From Nitrospirota bacterium (lineage in GTDB: Bacteria > Nitrospirota > Nitrospiria > Nitrospirales > Nitrospiraceae): a DNA stretch of 64,000 bases. The stretch is taken from the NCBI GenBank assembly GCA_963701855.1, contig CAVPBK010000005.1, positions 160,001-224,000 on the forward strand. The letters are read 5' to 3'. How positions within the stretch are numbered: the first letter of the stretch is position 1; every line of letters starts with the position of its first letter. Positions 57,568-64,000 of this stretch are shown in pieces. The notes beneath the pieces are model-generated. The model searched no databases and was not told the origin of the DNA. It was given only the letters and a program-made list of their open reading frames with translations. Made by a program: the position numbers and the translations under genes.

Positions 57568-58056
57568 TTAGCGTACATCTTGAGGGGGCGGCAATGGCTC
57601 GGTCTGCTCGAGTGGGTGTGACTGCCGATATCTGGCCACGAAATAGTAGGCGAGTGGATAGGCCAATGCCGCACCGAGGAGGCTCAAGACCAAACCGCCA
57701 ACGATAAAGGGCATGGCATAGGGCATGACCTGTGCGTAGATCGCGCCAAAACTCATATCCCGCCAGTCGAAGGCTGGGCTGTCCGATCGTCCGAGCAAGA
57801 GTGCGCCAACCCAGTAGGTGGCACCGAGGATGGGGACCACGGTCCAGGGGTTGTTGAGAAAGGCGCCTGCAAGGAGTGCGAGAACGTTGAGACCCAATGC
57901 CCAGGAGAAGAAGAACACCATGACGGTGTGTAATCCGTAGGCCGGGGAGAAACAAATGAAGACTCCGATGGCGAAGGCCAGTGCGGTTCGCTGCGGCGAT
58001 TCGTGTAAATGAAGAGCTTGTTTCAGCAGCGATCGAAATGAAGGAATCTTGGCCAT
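57568..58056 (-). CDS. DUF2062 membrane protein
   Basis: SPQRTALAFAIGVF, NNPWT. Confidence 0.85.
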   Translation of the reverse strand: MAKIPSFRSLLKQALHLHESPQRTALAFAIGVFICFSPAYGLHTVMVFFFSWALGLNVLALLAGAFLNNPWTVVPILGATYWVGALLLGRSDSPAFDWRDMSFGAIYAQVMPYAMPFIVGGLVLSLLGAALAYPLAYYFVARYRQSHPLEQTEPLPPPQDVR

Positions 58057-58077
58057 GACTGTCGTGGAGGAGGTTGG

Positions 58078-59133
58078 TTAGGTGAAATGTTCATAACTGC
58101 GGTTTGCCAACTGGTGACGCGTACCGTGAGGGGACAGGGCCTGCATCCCGAAGCGATGGGGGTGAATTTTTCCAATGCAGGTCAGGGAGAATCCCTGCTT
58201 GAAGGCTGTCCGTTCGAATCGTGGACGTTGTCGTGGCGATACGGTAAAGAGCAATTCATAATCCTCGCCTCCGGTCAGCGCGAGGTCCACCGGATCGAGT
58301 TTGCAAGAGGCTGCATAAGCGCGGCAGGCCGGCGATAACGGGAGCGCGCCGAGGTCCAACTCCAACCCAACATGGCTTTCCTCGCAGATGTGGCGGAGGT
58401 CGCCTGAGAGGCCGTCTGAAATATCGATTGCGGAGGTGGCAAAGCGATGGGCACTGAGCCACCGACCTTCTGCGATGCGCGCGGTTGGACGCAGGTGCCG
58501 CCTGATCAGAAATTGTCGGTGTTTCGTTGAGAGTGCCGAAGTGCGGGGACGGCGGCTCGCATGTGGCGGCGGTTCGTTCAAGAGTCTCAGGCCGGCCAAT
58601 GCGTCTCCGATTGTGCCGGTCACATAGAGGCCATCGCCGATTTGTGCGCCGCTTCGAAAGAGGGCCTTGCGGGGAGGGACCATTCCGACCAGTGTCAGAC
58701 TGAGAAACCATCCGCTGCTTGAAGCTGATGTATCTCCGCCGATGAGCCGTACGCGATGCGGGCGGCATGCGGCCATCATCCCTCGGTACAACTGAAGCAC
58801 ATGTTGTCTGGTGCCGGTACGGGGAATGGCCAAGGATACGAGCAGATATTGAGGGGTCGCTCCCATTGCCGCGATGTCGCTAAGATTCGCGGTTGCAGCG
58901 CGGAAGCCGATATCAGCCATCGTGGCGGTTCGGAGGTCGAAGTGGACCCCTTCTGTTAAGAGGTCGGTTGTCAACACAGTCCATTGGCCGGCCTGTGATG
59001 TGATGACAGCGGCATCGTCTCCGATCCCTCGAATTACCGAGGGAGTGCGGCGGCTGTACTGTTGATGGAGTGTGTGAATGAGATCGAATTCGTGGATCGT
59101 GGAGCTGGCTTTCGCGCGGACCGTAAACGCCAT
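58078..59133 (-). CDS. thiL: Thiamine-monophosphate kinase
   Basis: GIGDDAA, NLSDIAAMG, GGDT, DISDGL, GGEDYEL. Confidence 0.96.
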   Translation of the reverse strand: MAFTVRAKASSTIHEFDLIHTLHQQYSRRTPSVIRGIGDDAAVITSQAGQWTVLTTDLLTEGVHFDLRTATMADIGFRAATANLSDIAAMGATPQYLLVSLAIPRTGTRQHVLQLYRGMMAACRPHRVRLIGGDTSASSSGWFLSLTLVGMVPPRKALFRSGAQIGDGLYVTGTIGDALAGLRLLNEPPPHASRRPRTSALSTKHRQFLIRRHLRPTARIAEGRWLSAHRFATSAIDISDGLSGDLRHICEESHVGLELDLGALPLSPACRAYAASCKLDPVDLALTGGEDYELLFTVSPRQRPRFERTAFKQGFSLTCIGKIHPHRFGMQALSPHGTRHQLANRSYEHFT

Positions 59134-59138
59134 GCTAG

Positions 59139-59289
59139 CAGGTTCCTGAAAAACCATTGTGGGTTATTGGGGGATCATCGACTAGCATGCCCAAGATGAT
59201 GAGGACATGCCACCGCAGGATGCTCAAAATGTTCAGACTTCTCACCCGCCAAACCCTGGCGCGTTGCTGGCGGACTTTTCAGCATCCTG
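59139..59289. mobile_element. Composite MITE A
   Basis: TA-GCAGGTTCCTGAAAAA...inner CAGGATGCTCAAAA (59216)...TTTTCAGCATCCTG; interior resembles 8856-8905. Confidence 0.75.
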
Positions 59290-59305
59290 CTGGTGGAGTT
59301 GTCGG

Positions 59306-59507
59306 GCCCACACTATTCATGAGCGGTTCTGCTGCAATCGTGGATTAGCCGCTGCAACAAGCCTGGATGCAGCGCCACGGCAGGGAGGCTCGCCGCTTGG
59401 TCGGTCAACATACTGTTCAAGTATGCATCCCTCCCTCGCGGCTCCGCGCGCCTGTCTCGCCTGGCGACTGCGCGATTTCGCGACGAACCGTCATGAATAA
59501 TGTGGGC
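59306..59507. mobile_element. MITE family B
   Basis: IRs GCCCACACTATTCATGAGCGGTTC / GAACCGTCATGAATAATGTGGGC. Confidence 0.75.
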
Positions 59508-61998
59508 TAGGAGGCGCTGTCGTGCTGGCAGCATGCACCGGCAGCGAGCGAGCGGCTTGCCCTGTCTTTACGCGTGCGGCGTGTCTTTTTGAGCGCGGTT
59601 GCGGCGGGTTGAGTTTGCCTGTCTGGCGTGTAGGTTTCGATTCCCGCCGGAGTGCCACCTTCATCACGTCATCCATCGTGTCGGCAAAGACGAGGTGGAT
59701 GCCCTTCAAGATGTGCTTGGGAATCTCGTCGAGATCCTTCTTGTTCCGTTTAGGAAGAATCACAGTCGTGAGCTTGGCCCGTTTAGCCGCCAAAATTTTC
59801 TCTTTCAATCCTCCGATGGGGAGCACTCGGCCTCGGAGGGTGATCTCGCCTGTCATGGCCAGGTCCCGGCGTACCGGGATTTGCGACAACGTCGAGGCAA
59901 TGGCGATGGCCATGGTAATGCCCGCCGACGGCCCGTCCTTGGGAATCGCTCCGGCCGGCACATGGATATGGAGATCTTGAGTGGTGAACACATCGGGATT
60001 GATGCCGAGGGTGCGTTCGCGCGACCGGACGTAGCTCAAGGCTGCTTGCGCGGATTCCTTCATGACGTCGCCCAGTTGGCCTGTGAGAGTCAATTGTCCC
60101 TTGCCCTTCATCGCTGTGGCCTCGATGTAGAGCACATCGCCGCCAGCCTCTGTCCAGGCTAATCCCGTTGCCACGCCGACTTCGTCCATCTTCAATTCTT
60201 CTTCGGGCACGAACTTAGGGACGCCGAGATACTTGTGCAGGTTGGCGGGATCGACGGGGAACCCCACACCTTTGCCTTCCGCCACTTTCTTCGCCACCTT
60301 GCGCATGACGTTGGCGATCTCTCGCTCAAGGTTCCTGACACCGGCTTCACGCGTATAGTTGGCGATGATTTGACGCACCGCCGTCTCGGCGATGCGGACA
60401 TGTTTCTCGGTGATGCCATGTTCGTTGAGTTGCCGAGGGATCAGGTATTTCTGGGCGATGCCCAACTTTTCCTCTTCGGTATAGCCGGGGATCCCTATCA
60501 CTTCCATCCGGTCGCGTAGGGCAGGCAAAATGGGATCGATCAGATTCGCCGTCGTAATGAACATCACTTCGGTCAGGTCGAAGGGCACGCCCAGGTAGTG
60601 GTCCGTGAACGAGTTGTTCTGCTCCGGATCGAGCACTTCGAGCAAGGCTGCGGAGGGGTCGCCGCGAAAATCCATCCCGACCTTGTCGACTTCGTCCAGC
60701 ATGAAGACCGGGTTGTTGGTGCCGGCTTGTTTCATGCCTTGAATGATGCGACCGGGGAGCGCGCCGACATAGGTGCGTCGATGGCCGCGGATCTCGGCTT
60801 CATCGCGGACGCCGCCGAGACTGATGCGGACAAATTCACGTCCAAGGGCGCGGGCGATCGACTTCCCGAGCGAGGTTTTCCCGACGCCCGGGGGGCCGAC
60901 GAAACAGAGAATTGGGCCCTTCATTTTGTCTTTGAGTTTCCGCACGGCGAGATATTCAAGGATTCGTTCCTTCACTTTCTCCAGATCGTAGTGATCCTCG
61001 TTGAGCACTTTGGCGGCAGCCTTGAGGTCGAGATTGTCCTTAGATCTCTTGGACCAGGGCAGTTCCACGATCCACTCGATATAGGTTCTGACGGTCGCAG
61101 ACTCGGCGGTGTCCGGGTGCATTTTTTCAAGACGTTTGAGCTGCTTTTCAGTTTCCTTCAGCACCTTTTCCGGCATCTTGAGTTCTAGTATCCGCTTGCG
61201 AAACTCGGTGATTTCCTCCGCGCGTTCGTCGAGTTCTCCCAGCTCTTTTTGGATTGCCTTGAGCTGCTCGCGCAGGAAGTATTCGCGCTGAGTTTTGTCC
61301 ATCTCTCCCTTGGCTTGCGCTTGAATCTTCTGTTGCATGGAGAGGACTTCGATCTCTTTACCGAGGATCTCGCTGACATGCCTGAGGCGTTTGATCGGAT
61401 CGATGACTTCCAGGACTGCCTGGGTGACATCGACTTTGAGGCCAAGATTGGACGCGACCATATCGGCAAGACGTCCGGGGTCTTCGAGGTTTTCGATGAC
61501 GATCATCACGTCCGGGATCAAGATTTTGCCGAGACTCACGATCCGCTCGATCTGTTCCTTGACCGTCCGCATGGCGGCTTCGGTTTCAAGGGCGGCACTC
61601 GCCGACTTGTGTTCGCTGAGTTTGTCGATGCGCACGGAGTAATAGGGCTCCGTCTGAATGTAGCCTGCAATCTTGGCTTTCGAGAGCCCCTGCACGAGTA
61701 TTTTGATGCGTTCGTCGGGCAGTTTCAGCATTCGCATGATGATGCCGACCGTGCCGATGGTATGGATATCATCCGGTGAAGGATTCTCGACGTCCAAGGC
61801 CTTTTGGGTCGAGAGGAAGATCATTCGATTACCGGCTAACGCGGCTTCAATCGCTTTGATCGACATCTCTCGTCCGACAAACAAGGGGAGGACCATGTAG
61901 GGGAAGACGACGATGTCTCGGACCGGCAACAACGGAAGCTGGTCGGGGATTTCGACGTTCTGGGGTGGCTGCAAGTCTTGCTCGATCGGGTCGTTCAT
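59491..61998 (-). CDS. lon: ATP-dependent Lon protease
   Basis: [24 protein letters not shown]. Confidence 0.98.
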   Translation of the reverse strand: MNDPIEQDLQPPQNVEIPDQLPLLPVRDIVVFPYMVLPLFVGREMSIKAIEAALAGNRMIFLSTQKALDVENPSPDDIHTIGTVGIIMRMLKLPDERIKILVQGLSKAKIAGYIQTEPYYSVRIDKLSEHKSASAALETEAAMRTVKEQIERIVSLGKILIPDVMIVIENLEDPGRLADMVASNLGLKVDVTQAVLEVIDPIKRLRHVSEILGKEIEVLSMQQKIQAQAKGEMDKTQREYFLREQLKAIQKELGELDERAEEITEFRKRILELKMPEKVLKETEKQLKRLEKMHPDTAESATVRTYIEWIVELPWSKRSKDNLDLKAAAKVLNEDHYDLEKVKERILEYLAVRKLKDKMKGPILCFVGPPGVGKTSLGKSIARALGREFVRISLGGVRDEAEIRGHRRTYVGALPGRIIQGMKQAGTNNPVFMLDEVDKVGMDFRGDPSAALLEVLDPEQNNSFTDHYLGVPFDLTEVMFITTANLIDPILPALRDRMEVIGIPGYTEEEKLGIAQKYLIPRQLNEHGITEKHVRIAETAVRQIIANYTREAGVRNLEREIANVMRKVAKKVAEGKGVGFPVDPANLHKYLGVPKFVPEEELKMDEVGVATGLAWTEAGGDVLYIEATAMKGKGQLTLTGQLGDVMKESAQAALSYVRSRERTLGINPDVFTTQDLHIHVPAGAIPKDGPSAGITMAIAIASTLSQIPVRRDLAMTGEITLRGRVLPIGGLKEKILAAKRAKLTTVILPKRNKKDLDEIPKHILKGIHLVFADTMDDVMKVALRRESKPTRQTGKLNPPQPRSKRHAARVKTGQAARSLPVHAASTTAPPSPHYS

Positions 61999-62067
61999 CG
62001 GTGTGGTCTCACTGTTGCGTTCAATGCTGAAGGAGACATATGAAGTCGTGCCTTCACTGAGAACATG

Positions 62068-62979
62068 TCAGGATTTTCGTGGCCGTGTCGTGCGGCGCTC
62101 TCCGGAAGGCCGCATCCGGTTCCGGAGATAGTCGCCGAACTCCGGTCCCAGGGATGGGTTTTTGAGTGCGAACTCGACGGTCGCAATGAGAAACCCCAAC
62201 TTGTCCCCGGCATCGTACCGTTGTCCCTGTATCTCCAGCGCAAACATTGGGGACTTCTTTGCCAATTCCAATAGCGCATCGGTCAATTGGATCTCGCCGT
62301 TTTTACCGGGCTTGGTTTTTCGCAGGATAGAGAAAATTTCCGGTGGCAGGACGTAGCGGCCGATGACCGCCAGATTGGATGGAGCTTCGGCCGGTGTCGG
62401 CTTCTCAATGAGGCCTTCGACTCGATGCAGTCCCGCTGAGATGGTTTGAGGCGACACGATTCCATAGCGGTTGACTTCATGGTGGGGCACTTCCTGAACG
62501 CCGAGGACTGCACCGTGCCGTTTCTTGTAGGCATGAATGAGTTGTGCGAGTCCAGGGACTGGGGCATCGATGATTTCATCGCCGAGAATGACGGCAAAGG
62601 GTTCGTCGCCGATCAGGTGTTGGGCGCAGAGGACTGCATGGCCGAGTCCAAGGGCCGCCGACTGACGGACGTAGCAGAAATTTGCAAGTGTGGAGATGTG
62701 CCGCATTTGGCTCAGGAGCTGCGTCTTGCCGCTGTCCCTGAGATTTTCCTCCAACTCAACGGATCGGTCGAAATGGTCCTCGATCGCGCGTTTGCCCCGC
62801 CCAGTGATGATGATAATGTCTTCGATTCCTGAGGCGACCGCTTCTTCCACTGCATATTGAATCAGCGGCTTGTCGACCAGCGGCAACATTTCTTTGGGAG
62901 AGGCTTTCGTCGCGGGAAGGAAGCGGGTGCCAAGGCCTGCGGCGGGAATCACGGCTTTGCGCACTTCGAAGCGTGACAT
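62068..62979 (-). CDS. galU: UTP-glucose-1-phosphate uridylyltransferase
   Basis: AAGLGTRFLPATKA.PKEMLP, GEIQLTDA. Confidence 0.97.
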   Translation of the reverse strand: MSRFEVRKAVIPAAGLGTRFLPATKASPKEMLPLVDKPLIQYAVEEAVASGIEDIIIITGRGKRAIEDHFDRSVELEENLRDSGKTQLLSQMRHISTLANFCYVRQSAALGLGHAVLCAQHLIGDEPFAVILGDEIIDAPVPGLAQLIHAYKKRHGAVLGVQEVPHHEVNRYGIVSPQTISAGLHRVEGLIEKPTPAEAPSNLAVIGRYVLPPEIFSILRKTKPGKNGEIQLTDALLELAKKSPMFALEIQGQRYDAGDKLGFLIATVEFALKNPSLGPEFGDYLRNRMRPSGERRTTRPRKS

Positions 62980-63081
62980 GGCTCGATACTATGTGTTGCA
63001 GAAGACGATGTCAAGGAATGCAGAAGCGTATCCTGCGTTGTGCTGAAGGTTTCTGCAGCAATCGCGGATTCCCCTGCTCTT

Positions 63082-63205
63082 GTGCGTGAATCGTGAGCGA
63101 GACAAGCAAGACGTGCGCGACAGGCGCGACGGGTTGATCTGGTTTATCTGGTTTATTTTGTTCATCTGGTTAGGCTAGTTTAACCAAACAAACCAAATAG
63201 CCCAG
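63082..63205. repeat. 7-mer and GC-rich 9-mer tracts followed by a 9-mer inverted array
   Basis: cgagacaagcaagacgtgcgcgacaggcgcgac; tctggtttatctggttta...taaccaaacaaaccaaa. Confidence 0.75.
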
Positions 63206-63278
63206 CCGCTCTTCGCGCTTGACACGCGCTACCCTGCCAGTTTTCGAGGACTCTGCCTAAATAATGTGCGCCTTCATC

Positions 63279-63307
63279 TTTACATTCAAATACTTGCCCA
63301 ATATAAT
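63279..63307 (+). promoter_or_regulatory. Sigma70 promoter upstream of bamA
   Basis: TTTACA-17 nt-TATAAT. Confidence 0.65.
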
Positions 63308-63524
63308 CCATGAGCTTTGCACGCATGTTGCCGCGATCGATATGTGTGCGAGGACGGTGTGAACTTCCCACGCCAGCAACCTTCGCTGCCGCCATCGTCA
63401 TACGCGCTCTGGATGCGTCGAGCATGAGTGTGGATAGAGGCGCAGTTGTACGGTCATGGCCAAAGTTAAGGTTGCCCATGATGCCGGTATTATCTTCCCC
63501 TACTTCCTATGGGGCGCAGAACCA

Positions 63525-64000
63525 GTGAGGGGAGTTTGCTGTTCAGCCGGGAGTCGCTGGCTTTTTGTCATGGTGCTCGTTGCCTTGGTTTTCGGGGTGC
63601 TGCCGGTATGTACAGTTGCCGCTGCTGCTGAGCAGGCCGGAGTCAAAGTGACGGCGATTGAGATTCGAGGGAATAAGCGAATCGAGTTGCCGGCGATTGT
63701 CGGCCGATTGACTTTGAAGCCCGGCGATCCCTATACCCCTGAAAATGTCCGTGGACAGATCAAGATACTCTACGAAACCGGGTTCTTTGAAGAGGTGCGG
63801 GTGGAAACGGAATCGGGCGCGGGCGGGATGATGCTGGCCTTTCTGATTCGCGAGAAACCGTTTATCACCGAAATCGTGTTCGATGGGAATACAGCGCTCA
63901 GCGACGACAAGCTCAAAGAGAAAATCACGATTAAGAGCCAAGCCTTTCTCGATCAGCCGCAGGCGAAAGAAAGTGCGGAAAAGATTCGCTTAGCGTATCA
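63525..64000 (+). CDS. bamA: Outer membrane protein assembly factor BamA, N-terminal part (runs off window)
   Basis: Manual translation: signal peptide, then POTRA VTAIEIRGNKRIE...LYETGFFEEV...REKPFITEIVFDGN; start 63525 or 63570. Confidence 0.88.
   Translation, partial: MRGVCCSAGSRWLFVMVLVALVFGVLPVCTVAAAAEQAGVKVTAIEIRGNKRIELPAIVGRLTLKPGDPYTPENVRGQIKILYETGFFEEVRVETESGAGGMMLAFLIREKPFITEIVFDGNTALSDDKLKEKITIKSQAFLDQPQAKESAEKIRLAY

Noticed and set aside
63310..63528. 72-aa ORF overlapping the bamA GTG
   Set aside because: Its ATG is 2 nt after the predicted -10 box and it has no RBS or motifs; more likely the bamA 5' UTR

Overview
Bacterial chromosomal window, most likely Nitrospira-like; this is inferred from a Gram-negative gene set (bamA, tolC) together with an arc-dop-prcBA-pafA proteasome operon. 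The backbone is housekeeping: queC, dksA-like, apt, a sigma70 factor, tRNA-Pro, ald, uvrA, uvrB, ffh-rpsP-rimM-trmD-rplS-rnhB, ftsEX-envC-ctpA, thiSGE, the proteasome operon, thiL, lon, galU and bamA. Three accessory spots interrupt it. (1) 1-6300: a type I R-M locus (hsdM with an apparent +1 frameshift, hsdS) carrying Shedu and an Mrr-like nuclease, preceded by tandem DUF4160/DUF2442 TA modules separated by a ~220-bp direct repeat. (2) 14000-17560: two PIN TA cassettes and a frameshifted HEPN-like gene, interleaved with two diverged orphan copies of the uvrA 3' end. This is the most unusual structure seen. (3) 53500-55600: decayed TA/RES-type remnants and an intact IS3 inserted into a small hairpin. 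Intergenic DNA is rich in repeats: a MITE that sits oriented on stop codons, 9-mer and 7-mer inverted arrays, and other palindromic units. The proteasome operon has no pup/ubact gene, and the nearby ThiS has a 16-aa extension masking its di-glycine. Family calls come from motif recognition by eye; no database searches were run.
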